Source: an uncultured virus (IMG/VR IMGVR_UViG_3300020055_000013)
Taxonomy: Duplodnaviria > Heunggongvirae > Uroviricota > Caudoviricetes
Length of the DNA: 64,000 bases
Strand: one strand, 5' to 3'
Virus record (IMG/VR): IMGVR_UViG_3300020055_000013
Positions 32,901 to 40,344 of the stretch are shown here, piece after piece. A program made the translations under genes and the position numbers. Position 1 is the first letter of the stretch, and each line of letters starts with the position of its first letter. Under the pieces are notes generated by a model, which did no database searches, was not told the DNA's origin, and was given only the letters and a program-made list of their open reading frames with translations.

Positions 32901-33149
32901 AAAGGATTTTAAATACAAGCTAGGTGCATTGTCTGGAGAATTTGCAAAATTATTAGATCCAAAATTATTAATCAAGCTATCAGGACCACGACCTCTGACG
33001 AAGCCTGAGTAAATAACGGAGGCTTTGGCTTTAAGTTTAAAAGTAGAGCTAACAGATGTAGCGCACTTTATTTGCTTAATGGCAAAGCACCTAATTTTAT
33101 TACTAGGCTTGAACTTGATTTTAAAACTAAAGTCTTCACAGAAAGACAT
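20916..33149 (-). CDS. Giant virion protein (4077 aa): LamG-like domain, beta-strand repeats and seven FG-GAP repeats
   Basis: FGKSV..LAVGCP, LGHSI..IVAGGP, FGHDV..IVVGSP, LGYSV..IAAGSP, FGYKV..LYIGSP, FGSDI..LAISAP, LGNSI..LAIGAK; LamG-like stretch ~29760-30260. Confidence 0.75.
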   Translation of the reverse strand: MSFCEDFSFKIKFKPSNKIRCFAIKQIKCATSVSSTFKLKAKASVIYSGFVRGRGPDSLINNFGSNNFANSPDNAPSLYLKSFRGNSAVKLHYAKELIKRSADDLPDTLFNTNSQDYIDYGKDALSIDYRQANNQFPIDIYSPQTSSNSSAAYIQESKISWSLATQKKRLRNSRFIARASIPVNNLKANFNSHDSRVKAKYFEKLHGFFSKINSIENYQPVQKMYPIRDLITTNNNISFISHDMDTENLYSRINEGVFVGNITQNAREGYIISDDDDSYITPSSIYTEGKFKYVCEVSPPTVSPIESFFFLRASSPLFNYETDIPPEYKVSNITLEDPSGNLIVKYKDFAIRGEQDYDQKNQYHFVTYVSEPEINYAALNTWHPKYPILNEASGYKLSLEVDGDCFYKSFTQEFNKGFLDHCDLDDRFVPSSRNDHLAIDGSPISTQTNDYYLRPTNALRISAIELANRGLSDTEGLLRDSFVPMYSEVVNHGTFVERIIQPKLVLGPSYNNDIYPTGIQSVWKTSPDLEGNTFTNHDENSTSDNTLRDRLINRYVLGHISLDSIVPSVEPSGKLQLLYQHEEPFFIKALRGGAFSFGNKYSNSLNTSVIEKVTIDDSFFVVEEIFLRIRAKKAPGTDSFPIDVVGYSDDQVLFITSQKSGFLQNSSAGYGNMPQVSGFHTVNELSLSSESISDKSAYYSSNIASNAGGDHYYISNDILVDSTEFKTYDIPLKIYKDKVDLGFSKDYSMSSYFESLYLDIYPIPSGASIAKADLIVKHKPAGSLPLEITGFKSKEINRRISLLSPSKKKPKDRMVNSNNHLSLIENIPQAYSSKDTTLKTNYSRRWRGSSGLVSAGPFDNTAFGFAFSFPQLDQPFPLGYIDFHNVYNDKVFSNNGGSLSGVFSHGDLSQSIVHNVGMRFKSPSLFASNSNTPYNTIDWTYEYPNDPLYGQILDSFDKAVRVSGVDGYLNFGNVPSASGFAIFTRFSPDENVSGVNYNLWNSGVIFQKQDAGEQLEYGLRYNNGYLEGFALDSQGNTITITDPAPYHVYQYPLSVVLSYNSNNNQLLELYTQNEIVGSGYTSAQGEKDWPILRDSDGPFVMHSGNSNLTFGYSEHGGVGFNCFISDIGISKAHEDGGGNLVKQDPYPPFQQDSIYTFFSGHTHKFWEDSDPNPLWSFVDEPTDSWNLGDFKYCDFSNAYKIMSSRSGKDFVYHTYNNDNLTYADRIDRDLPASVNASGLAYHSQIENDMLRIHLDGNNPNFYAVPPRLSKNLPRGYLVDGDAIEVSTVIQQSSDQKIVWDDGKVGAKVIVSLYTPSKESDLFPSVNYGLINRSTHYIAEEDCWTKIYSRLKLEDIKDRISEPWGFFDPTVTSKELRENYFSREIDEMFIQYDVVYPSGSYSTSKIKLHSLDVHLNNAFISTGEIENQIPLYASGDAFANHILDLYTTAYYEDLNNQTYLYTSGIAFSEAADYCYMYTSGVFNENSYIPLYTLQAGTVSSDSGFGLTTNHFGSEDDVRGLNLFIEGGYSNISSTFPITTSGYYSDIETIDNNLSLFTFVDGFSVSHNNIDIFMIGGFEEANASVSSSLNISMLIQDSQILTHSDSINLLTEASPFNVSSQIPLYLYHIKPLSYTDGVVEFFRWNSENYGTAIIPRDNEFASVPANDEIRGVNTVCYGGCDSDANIACQEQPLITHDTLWYDPECVDGGVARSLTVFSNDTYDRKYYGIRKFENLIPQSPYRITIKGKTAGDKVLEVPREISEWEYGTNNDTSYSGIKINPPEGNIDSNNFFGKSVTVLKDMLAVGCPFENSEAGVQDVLSGDGPSYTLQDNGKIYIYRKAPEPSGNDWTDQLDKSPFTLEQELVLPTGWRRDYFYTTQRSFFDDDNNLLPFQATVRNWKNFGEGRQLGHSIASAERGNNSIIVAGGPGTKWTRAFQPVQTTPVSIALFVFNNELVTNPIGSSWEEIKRQLKDIDILYRYFSDPPVEFDIKIILCEPMLGGGVPFTLSEDFNYPQPDFVKKYVTNRHYNFDYNSQEYKDQEAVILQELIDIYHENFPLNPNALSSGIPPLFGIYIDNSRSLGKNPLGYFESGPRSGAINKFIDYVNVYSQQNGLVDLQGEASTPYVRVTLDTDEDWIQQSIRNIKQITDIDTLKSANKYRLFADNIGTFNSNASEFNEPPPSGGAVFIFEKKGDSSFEIVQAIESTSTYTDDVSDRFGHDVAISENGKTIVVGSPFCNDAIQVWEYDPSYEENLMMNISHNTDNTFVGFLKEQSDIEIQNATFGEAYSKYREYQQKTLTATSLESLRREIYFSLSESLRFSFTHSLGLNPYRLIKNISYESIFSDTGGSWSTFYNNHIPTARLGYSVDVNEDGTLIAAGSPTDSFGERDATITWFRYNNKFPPYGEQTTPVGGENWQWQNYTNAGAVRLFESRDYYPHYNKAVEYYKFGNLHEDLSDISEDGFFFDAMSNGLNSKGISFSRTSFSEDKKIPQDAGMAMIITPAIDASSEEIINNIREWLAYGDRNLVLVGNDPKWESGGVYQQSNNIINNILERLDINLRIYPARNSYEALIEDTNVYYNVQQSFVPEKTTYSIASPFALRGYGAGDIRFYDPGKSDIYKCTLPHGTKITVNGELAEDLSDPFVILESIDQPDKQIRKKIYRELHNFCEMPIVHEGDLRAKYLDQCVYRSCTGDPAFLDYEHNLAFLYKSHTTCNDWGCTTCDEICPPVPSVNYRDASEPIPVMAAYESVSKTVHVPAIPEREVLRSVISGYKTETHQAFGEVPYSGIDFMWSETSGNYTSLEYNINGIISNSLFYNPDEYNEVDAILQAKASTPLSELENVYDRSDKTYFIAEENFESFKSSVVLIAGTLTESREVLLSSNADVNLNMYFNILAKDEFGSSKVAQVGGFTNRASYRDGFPDSDIQQQMLGLGIDMSDVDVSTSDLYNISKSYDVAWIANTDQYPSDQDIENIKRFLSLGNKKLIITYGQDPASTSKVSVSHPLPSYMINAAKVAGYLCEKLGLSMKPLFLDGKNRYASRKDSSDFLLDIENSDISEIEQQNNFEQIYSRKIKIDNNSYVSSGYGLDSKIQSFEIDIPPCVTIGSMTTCTGYHHEIIPIDKQQANSIAYFDISILDIKTDIVGIPQLHTGITKVTFEVPEPREDVPEDDDFNLFRIFVEVSSESSVESEPINFYIANCATRVNGPFGLPIEIKDLDDNYNVFKTKIKCGLQDRLVTRTNKTYEYDIQLPPGVGGSLEMFFTGLSQSERDDQFEPVSSPSKIRTNRLVSISGVRTPVKTLFGEIPIYELQKEIIPPREAYSYETPVIRQISTSSDKYCIESNSDICAERIPFGYGDTAPEIADGPIVVAQAVYHQAGFPAGHNKSRVTVISDPSLIQGASIISEDKSGVNNNVSKFLSSLYPYTFFGGEEYGKQYQTSYKIISPERTSPSRMINAYPENSGLNYRFGNYQSNELSLDYYSDEEGKKQITPVPPKSFVAKPFNSMTGLLSSYYPFNDPPKAPQLPPYEFFLRGELVNGMNQEEYEEYWYRQQFDQVKEYYASDSKFNDYYNGYRYRDAGFQERIPEILRQEGIDHLDLEVLHSGYPGDLFGYKVKLHKDKLYIGSPFTPYFSESITNWEEVVSQSSSGIYGAEVGFNGGAGAVYVLEKTGLTGEGYGSINGSLEKTTGLPWEIVQKFRPEEISVGFSGMNTSNSSSIIGPNSYDNAFLNNYGFVPDMFGSDIDLAGDMLAISAPGHNFDTFIEEVRNPSGCFIRKEFNNQFDIPQIVVHDLANEQERIDHPLSGVTVINHGSVFTYENKISDWGSKKQEWTPIQKIARYHQGLNSRDGNENLFLGNSIAIDRARRNDGDYILAIGAKNHQFTDELNQVKDKSGSVYAFDGMLRKVRPAFSHPRTYIAGRVYGEYQREIDYTTFFFRNDNKYDYEHEFQGRVISNIYGEIFIEVSGQDFSDSGYSVNRPFIESVEGAFLHGIPTENYISLFSDAKNPTPSSSLNLYTLSPSVGNVYNNVDLFNYCAVRNSGNVLLYSSGVESGFTESFGDGIAAEDSLNITYNIPLVTRGRP

Positions 33150-33159
33150 AAATTATTCC

Positions 33160-36100
33160 TTAAGATAAAGAGGTTGAAGATCTACTTAATCTGCCACCTT
33201 CGCCAACCCTGTAGTTTCCAATTTCTTGAGCAACTGCGCTTAACATTTCATTTCTTACAAATTGATTTATAGAGTTTAGTATTCCGCCGTCTACCATGTT
33301 TACATTAACATCAGCTGGAGCCACAGCAAGCTGAACATCTAAATTATTAAGATTTGCAACATTCTCTGAAAGTCTTTGGGCGAAAATGTTTAGTGACTCT
33401 TGGAAAGAAGACATTGCATTAGTGTCAAGTTCTATAGACGGACCATCTTGTGAAGATGGATTAATTGTTTCTTGTTGTGTTCTCTTGGTATTGTTGTTTA
33501 TGCCATCCAATTTATTTGAAACCTGACTCAGAACCTGAATTATCGGAGAAAAATCAATTCTTGGTTGAGGTGGTGTATTTTGTGAAGAATATCCACCGCT
33601 AGACATTCCTCCACCCTGAAGATATTTCACGGCCCCGCCTCTAGACATATTCTGAACCAAGGGTCCACCGTTATTTATACTCTGTAATAATGGTAGGTTA
33701 TTTTGAGCAGCTTGTCTGTTTATTACAAACTCTCCGGGAGTTAACATGGCAGGCACTGTGTCTGTACCCCTTGGTTGATAAGGAACAAGCATTCCTTTGT
33801 TGGCATAAATAGGACCACCCTTACTATATCTACGCGCTGTATTATTAAGTAAATCGTTCGCTATATTCACTTGGCTATTTGGATCTTGTAAAGCTTCTGA
33901 GCCTTTTCTAATTCTTCTGTTACGTTCCATTTCTTCGACCTTGCTGCCGCTAGAGAATGAATCTCTGACATCAGAAATTAAACCAGCTGAAGATTGACCC
34001 AATTGCATAGTAGCTCTTCCGGGGTTTAGTAAATTTTCTCCCACGTTTGTAGCATAACCTTGATTGACCTGCCTATTGCTTGTCTCGTTGTATCTAGAAA
34101 GAGCCGCTTCTGGATTAATAGCCAATGAAACAGCTTCTCCCGCTAAATCTGTTGCAACTAAGCCGCCATAAGCAGCAAGTCCTCCAGCGACCGAAGAAGT
34201 TGCACCAAAAGCGGGCGCTGCATTCTTTGCTCCTAGTGCCACATCTCCAGCTGTTCCAACAGCTGAACCATACCCCTGAGTGTAGCCAGCTTTATCTAAA
34301 AACGAGCCAACATTTGCCATCGAATATGCTGTAAGTCCGGTTTTAAGTCCTTGAGATGCTGCCTGTTTTACGCTAGATATAGCCGGAGCCGTTGCAACAC
34401 CCGTTGCTAATGCACCCGCAACACCAACACCAAGTTGAGCAATATTAGTTCCATATTTACCTGCTACTCCAGTCTCCTCACCAGTAGATCCCAAAGCCCC
34501 AGCCAATATAGGAGATAATATCTTGCTTGTTCCTTTGGCTAAATATGTAGGACTAATAATACCGCCAGAAGAAGAGTATTCAACATTTTTACCACTATTA
34601 ATAGATTCAAGTAAAGAACGATTGCTTCTTGTAGCTTTAGCATTTACAACAAACTCTCCCGGAGTTAGCATAGCTGGTACAGTATCTGTTCCTCTTGGTT
34701 GATAATTCACATACTGGCCTTTAGAAGCATAGACAATACCTCCAGAAGACCTAGTGGCAACTTTCACTGCTTCTTGGGCTTGATTTGTTATTATTTGTGC
34801 ATTTCTAACGTCAATTGTAGCCTGTTGCACCCCATTCAACGTAGCGTTCTGAAGCTGTGCAGATAAATCTCTACCTTCTGCTTGTAGCTGTTGAATTTCT
34901 GGAGTTGTGTCAGCCCTTGATCTACCAAACTGTCTAGCCATATTAGTGCTTAATCCAGCCATAATACCACCCATAGTTACAACGGATTGCTGTAACCCGG
35001 ATATGTCTTGTCCAAGATAACTAGTAACTCCAGCCTGACGCATACTGTCAAGGTTTTGAGAAGCTCTACCATAGTCTGACGCACCAAACTGTCTCATTAA
35101 TTGAATGTTTCCAGTTGCGGCTGCGGCAGTAGCTCCTTCAGCTGCCATTTGGTTGAAAAATTCTTCTCTATTGCCAGATAGTAGTGCGTCTATTGCCTTT
35201 TTCTCTGCCGCATTTTTTGCTTGAGCAATAGCTATTTCATCTTTTTTGGCTTGTATTAAGTCTCTAGTTACTTGTATTTGACTATCAGCAGCTTGTCTTA
35301 AAGCGTTTTCTCTAGACCTAAAATCTTCAGAAGAAACTTCTTCTTGAGCGCGTTGACGTTCTGCGTCTGTTACTTGTCGCCCATTAGTATCAATGCCGGT
35401 TGCTGCTATTTGTTTAGTCCTACCAATGGTGGCTTGCCGGTTTCTAATTTGTTGATTTCGTAGTTTTAATTCATCGGCAGATCCGGTTCTAAGGGGCTGA
35501 AGCCCAGCATCTCTCGCCGCAACATTTGCCTGCTCAACAATAAAACCTCTACGCTTTTGTGGAGTTAGTGCGGGGCCACCAAAGTCTGCAATATTTTTAC
35601 TTGCCTCTAAAGAAGCGGCAATCATAGCTGACTGAGCTTGATAAAGTTTATTCTGAGCAGAAAGCTGCTTATCAATAGCTGATGTTAATCCTTGCAAACT
35701 TTGAATTAAAGGTTCTACCGCTCCTTCAAGCGCTGGGCCTATTGCTTTTTTACCCTCTTCTGATAAAATCTTTTGAAGTGGCGCAAAGTTTCCCTTTATA
35801 ATTTCTGCCATATCTCCCGGATTTAATTCTGCATTAGCAATTACGTTTTTGATTTGATCTACAATCCCCGGATCGGTTCCATCGGGGATAAAATTAGCCA
35901 CCTCTTCCGCAAGAATCTTTCGTTGCTCTTGTGGGCTACCTGATTGCCTGTTAAGCATACCAGACAGTCTGTTTTTAGTATTTTCTGTCGCAGAAGCAAA
36001 TCCAGCCTGAGCAGAGCTAAATGCTGTAGCAACATTCTTAAAATTTTGGACTTGCTTAGTAGAAGCTCCAAACTTTTCTAGTGAAGGTATTACTCTATCT

Positions 36101-39100
36101 AAAGCGCCCTTGAATGTGTCTGAATCAATATTAGCAGCAGCCTCAGTCATGGCTGCATTAATAATATCAATACTATTCTCTAGCTGAGTCGAAGCAGAAG
36201 ATGGATCACGGCCAAGATTATTAATTTTTACTGCGGCAGCTTGGGCAGCTCCAGAAACATTATTAAAACCTAAATTGATTCCCCTGAGCCTAGCTTGCGT
36301 TTTATTAAACTCTGCTTGCAAATTAACAAAAGCTTGTTGCAGGCCACTCGCCGTCTCTCGGTCAAGATTACCAATATTCTCTTCTCCAAAGGTGTTTCTA
36401 AATTGTTGAAAATCACCACCTGACTCAATAACATTCCGCATTGTGGCGTTAATTACAGGCTGTACCGACTGAGACAATTCTGATCTTTGTTGGTTTGTAG
36501 ATCGCCTTGTTGCTTCGTTCTCTGCAAAAATTCTTTCGTTACGAGTAGCAGTACTCTCTATAGCCCCAAAAGAAAGAGTACTGAAAACATCTCTTGCTAT
36601 ACTAGTACCAGCGTTTACATCGGCCAAATTTCCTCTGTTTTCTTTAATGGCCTTCTTGCCTCTAGCTTCCTGTTCTGCAAATTCATTAAAAGCGGGTTGA
36701 GCGGAAGCTAATACCTCTGCAAGCCCAACGGTTCCAGCAGCAAAGGATTCTAACGCTTTAGATGTGTTTTTAGTTGAAGTTTCTAAAGCTTTTGAAAATG
36801 CTATAGCGCCAGCAGAAGCTTCAGACATTGCCACTCGACTTGATGATGTGTTTGAACCTAATCCTACGGCTAAATTTTCTGCTCCACTCTCAGTAGTTAT
36901 ACTGCCAATAATTGCGCCTAATCCACCACCTAAAGCAGCGCCAATAGCTGTGCCAATGCCGGGAGCAATTGCAGTACCAATTAACGCACCAAAGGTAGCA
37001 CCAGTACCACCCATAGCCATTCTCGATGTATTTCTATTTTCTAAAAAGGCTTGCTCTCTAGTAGTAGAGCCAGCAGTGCTAACATCGCCCTCAGAAATGG
37101 ACTTTTTTAATTTTTCCGTTTGATCATACAGATTAGTAAAGCCTTTATTTAAAAGTGCTATAGCACCAACAGTTGCACCTATTGGTCCCAATAATTTGGT
37201 CAAACCGGAAGTTGCTCTACCTAAACCAATTGATAAGTTTGCAGCAGATTTTGGCAGAATAGCAGAAGCTCCACGACGAACAGATCTACCAGCAATGGCT
37301 GATATCTTGCCACCACCACCGCCAGCCAGTTGCGCAAGATCGACAGCTTTAACGTTTGCCCCAAATAATGAAATGGCAGCATTTGCAGCAAGAAGAGAAC
37401 TTGAAAGACCTTGTAAAGTTTCAATAGTTGCAGCGGTTGCTTTCTGTGTGGCTGTTGAATTTTCATCTACCACCGGAGTTAAATAACTAAGCGCCGCAGA
37501 TAATGAGAATAAAGCTTCGTTAGCAGCCCCTATTCCAGTGAAACCGCCTCCCCTGCTTGTGCCACCACCAGCAAAACGTTGAACAGCACCACCGCTAGCA
37601 AATCGACCAACTATACCACCAGTTGCGTATTTGCCAGTTTTATTTATCTTGCTAAGTTTTCCATAGCCTATTTGTCGTGCTTTCTCTTTTGGTATTATTA
37701 ACTCACCCGGAGTCACTAAAGCGTCTACGGGGTTATCAACATTTCCACCGCCAGAGTAGCCCCTCATTAATTTCTTTACATTTTCAGCACCAAGGCTTTC
37801 TACACTGGGCTTTTGAATTACAAAATCTCCGTCGTTTAGTACTGTTTTTACAGTATCGCCATTTCCAACGCCGGGAACAATTCCACCTCTATTGAATTTT
37901 TGAAATTTAACACCGCTAAGATCACCCTTATTAATATCACGAACGAGTTTATCTGCAATATCTGAAAAGTTACTTGTACTAGCGGTTCGCTTTGCGTCAG
38001 CCTTTACTAAAGAATCTATACCTTCTGATCCACTTGTGAATAGCCTTTTAAGCCCCGGCCTAGCGTCAGATATAGAAGATGCAGGAAAGTCAAAAACAGC
38101 TTGTCCACCTTCAAGTTGCGCACCAGTCAAAGCCTGAATCAAGCCTTCGAAAATATATCCACTCATTGTTGACAAAACTTGTTTATCTGTCGAAAGCTTT
38201 GAAGCGGCTTTAGAGATATTGCCTTGATTTACATTGATAGGCCCAACGTCAGGGAAAACAGAAGACACAGCAGAAGAAGCTGATTCTACTCCCTGCTCTA
38301 TCGCCTTCCTTGTTGAATTGTTTACAGCTGTTGCGATTTCCCCATTCTGAAGATCGTCTTTACCCGGAAAAAAGCCAACAATAGATCCAGAAAGAGAAAT
38401 ATTCTTGGGGGCAGTTGTATTCTTTGCCTGAGAAATTCTTTTCTTTGTTTCTGGACTAGAAAAATCTTTTTCAAAGTTTGATGCAGCGACTTGATCGCTT
38501 TGTTTTGTGGACTTTTTAGCTTGAGAAATAGAAGATCTAGCTTGAGAACTGCTAGTCATCTTGGTAATAAAAGTATTAGACTTTTTTCTTCCAAGCAGTT
38601 TTGCTTTATCTTTAGCTGAAGATTGAAAGAAAAATTCATCATCTGATAGTTCTGGCCCAAAATCATATCCAAGTTTAGATAAGGCTTGTTTGTTTGTTAT
38701 CTGTACATTTTTTTCTGAAATGCTATAGTTTCTAGGGTCGCCCTGTTCTGGGGCAAGAAAAAATCCACCAATCTTACCCGGATCAATATTAATCTTACCG
38801 CCCTTAGCATAACCCTGAGCGTCATCCTTGCCACTATTCATAGCCGCCAAATTGCCAACACCAATACGATCAACGGCAGTTTTTTTCATAACAAATTCAC
38901 CCGGACTTAACATGGCTTTAACTTTATCTCCCTTGCCATAACCGGGAACTAAACCTCCAGTAGCAAAAGCGTGAACTCTGCCGCCGTCATTAAATTTCTT
39001 TCCACCTATAACGGAGCCAATTCCAGAGGCTAAACCTTTGGCAATTTTTATGCCAGCAAAAGCGGTGAGTAATGGCAATATTGGCTTTAGTGTATCTGCT

Positions 39101-40326
39101 AATTTAATCAAAGAACTAGCAAGAGTAAGTACCGTATCTGCCATAACTTGAAAGGCTGTACTATCAGAAATGCCTCTTACTAGCGCCAAAAATTCTTCTT
39201 TCACTTTGGTTATCTGAACAGCTAATGCTGCCTGAGCCTTTGCAGCGTCCGTAGTAAGACTAGACTGACCCTTTTGTGCGACGGCTAACGCTTTTTGGGC
39301 AACTGTGAACTGCTGTAACAGTGGCAAGACTTTGCCGATTTGCCTAAAACCACCAAGCTCTTCGGCAATTTGAACAAAAGTTAAGTCACCTTCGCCAAGA
39401 CCGGCAAGAGCAGAACTAAGCCTCTTGATTGCCTCATAAGGTCCAACGAATTTACCTTGAAGATCTACAAGTTCTACGCCAAACTGTTTAAGGTATTCAA
39501 TTGTTTCGGGACGTTGAATTCTAGTAAAAATAGTACGCAGACCAGTAGCAATACTCTCGGCTGACTCTCTAGTAGTCGATCTAACGCTAGTAAATAGCGC
39601 TATTAGCTCATTAAGATCACCGCCAGCAGACTTAAAAACACCACCAGTTCTACGGATTACAGAAACTAAGTCACCGGCCTCAACAGCGAATTGCCCAGCA
39701 ACAGCATTTAAAGAACCAAGTTGAGCCTCTAATGCTCCAGCACCTTGCCCAAACTGATTTAAAATCGCAACAGCTCCTTCAGCTGTTTGTGAGATATTAT
39801 CAAATGTTGGAGCTAATTCAGTTCTAGCCAACGTGGCCAAAGCGGTTTGCGTATCTCTTGCTGAAAGTCCGGTTTGAGCTAGTATGCGAGAAACGCTAAG
39901 TAAAGAGCTAGATGATACACCTAGCCCAGTTGACAAATTAGTAATTTCTTTCGTAAGACTTCCCAAGTTAGCAATGGTGGTATTAGTAACCTGAGAGATT
40001 TTAATTAACTCTCGCTCAAAAGCGATAGATTCTTTAATAGCTGCACCAAGAGTGTTAGTAAATAAACCAACCGCCCTTGTGGCAATAGCCATTGCGGAAA
40101 AACGTCTAACAGACGCAGCAAAAGATTTCCCAATTTTACTCGCGGCAGTAGAAGCTTTATCGGAAGCTTGGGTGATATTGTTTATGTCTTTAACTGCTTG
40201 AGAAGAATTTTGTAGATTCACGTTGACATTAACGCCATTCAACTGTTGTTGAATTTGGTTAACGACTTGTGAAACATTCTTTGGAGCTTTTAGAGAAAGC
40301 TCTGCTGTTAATACAAATTTGGCCAT
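33160..40326 (-). CDS. Tail tape measure protein
   Basis: TP901-type core (FERELIKISQV...LAQTG...LNAVAGQFAVEAGDL...TTRESAESIATGLRTIFTRI), Ala/Gly-rich hydrophobic segments, repeated DTVPAMLTPGEFV modules. Confidence 0.92.
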   Translation of the reverse strand: MAKFVLTAELSLKAPKNVSQVVNQIQQQLNGVNVNVNLQNSSQAVKDINNITQASDKASTAASKIGKSFAASVRRFSAMAIATRAVGLFTNTLGAAIKESIAFERELIKISQVTNTTIANLGSLTKEITNLSTGLGVSSSSLLSVSRILAQTGLSARDTQTALATLARTELAPTFDNISQTAEGAVAILNQFGQGAGALEAQLGSLNAVAGQFAVEAGDLVSVIRRTGGVFKSAGGDLNELIALFTSVRSTTRESAESIATGLRTIFTRIQRPETIEYLKQFGVELVDLQGKFVGPYEAIKRLSSALAGLGEGDLTFVQIAEELGGFRQIGKVLPLLQQFTVAQKALAVAQKGQSSLTTDAAKAQAALAVQITKVKEEFLALVRGISDSTAFQVMADTVLTLASSLIKLADTLKPILPLLTAFAGIKIAKGLASGIGSVIGGKKFNDGGRVHAFATGGLVPGYGKGDKVKAMLSPGEFVMKKTAVDRIGVGNLAAMNSGKDDAQGYAKGGKINIDPGKIGGFFLAPEQGDPRNYSISEKNVQITNKQALSKLGYDFGPELSDDEFFFQSSAKDKAKLLGRKKSNTFITKMTSSSQARSSISQAKKSTKQSDQVAASNFEKDFSSPETKKRISQAKNTTAPKNISLSGSIVGFFPGKDDLQNGEIATAVNNSTRKAIEQGVESASSAVSSVFPDVGPINVNQGNISKAASKLSTDKQVLSTMSGYIFEGLIQALTGAQLEGGQAVFDFPASSISDARPGLKRLFTSGSEGIDSLVKADAKRTASTSNFSDIADKLVRDINKGDLSGVKFQKFNRGGIVPGVGNGDTVKTVLNDGDFVIQKPSVESLGAENVKKLMRGYSGGGNVDNPVDALVTPGELIIPKEKARQIGYGKLSKINKTGKYATGGIVGRFASGGAVQRFAGGGTSRGGGFTGIGAANEALFSLSAALSYLTPVVDENSTATQKATAATIETLQGLSSSLLAANAAISLFGANVKAVDLAQLAGGGGGKISAIAGRSVRRGASAILPKSAANLSIGLGRATSGLTKLLGPIGATVGAIALLNKGFTNLYDQTEKLKKSISEGDVSTAGSTTREQAFLENRNTSRMAMGGTGATFGALIGTAIAPGIGTAIGAALGGGLGAIIGSITTESGAENLAVGLGSNTSSSRVAMSEASAGAIAFSKALETSTKNTSKALESFAAGTVGLAEVLASAQPAFNEFAEQEARGKKAIKENRGNLADVNAGTSIARDVFSTLSFGAIESTATRNERIFAENEATRRSTNQQRSELSQSVQPVINATMRNVIESGGDFQQFRNTFGEENIGNLDRETASGLQQAFVNLQAEFNKTQARLRGINLGFNNVSGAAQAAAVKINNLGRDPSSASTQLENSIDIINAAMTEAAANIDSDTFKGALDRVIPSLEKFGASTKQVQNFKNVATAFSSAQAGFASATENTKNRLSGMLNRQSGSPQEQRKILAEEVANFIPDGTDPGIVDQIKNVIANAELNPGDMAEIIKGNFAPLQKILSEEGKKAIGPALEGAVEPLIQSLQGLTSAIDKQLSAQNKLYQAQSAMIAASLEASKNIADFGGPALTPQKRRGFIVEQANVAARDAGLQPLRTGSADELKLRNQQIRNRQATIGRTKQIAATGIDTNGRQVTDAERQRAQEEVSSEDFRSRENALRQAADSQIQVTRDLIQAKKDEIAIAQAKNAAEKKAIDALLSGNREEFFNQMAAEGATAAAATGNIQLMRQFGASDYGRASQNLDSMRQAGVTSYLGQDISGLQQSVVTMGGIMAGLSTNMARQFGRSRADTTPEIQQLQAEGRDLSAQLQNATLNGVQQATIDVRNAQIITNQAQEAVKVATRSSGGIVYASKGQYVNYQPRGTDTVPAMLTPGEFVVNAKATRSNRSLLESINSGKNVEYSSSGGIISPTYLAKGTSKILSPILAGALGSTGEETGVAGKYGTNIAQLGVGVAGALATGVATAPAISSVKQAASQGLKTGLTAYSMANVGSFLDKAGYTQGYGSAVGTAGDVALGAKNAAPAFGATSSVAGGLAAYGGLVATDLAGEAVSLAINPEAALSRYNETSNRQVNQGYATNVGENLLNPGRATMQLGQSSAGLISDVRDSFSSGSKVEEMERNRRIRKGSEALQDPNSQVNIANDLLNNTARRYSKGGPIYANKGMLVPYQPRGTDTVPAMLTPGEFVINRQAAQNNLPLLQSINNGGPLVQNMSRGGAVKYLQGGGMSSGGYSSQNTPPQPRIDFSPIIQVLSQVSNKLDGINNNTKRTQQETINPSSQDGPSIELDTNAMSSFQESLNIFAQRLSENVANLNNLDVQLAVAPADVNVNMVDGGILNSINQFVRNEMLSAVAQEIGNYRVGEGGRLSRSSTSLS

Positions 40327-40344
40327 ATATCACCCTTACTGCTA

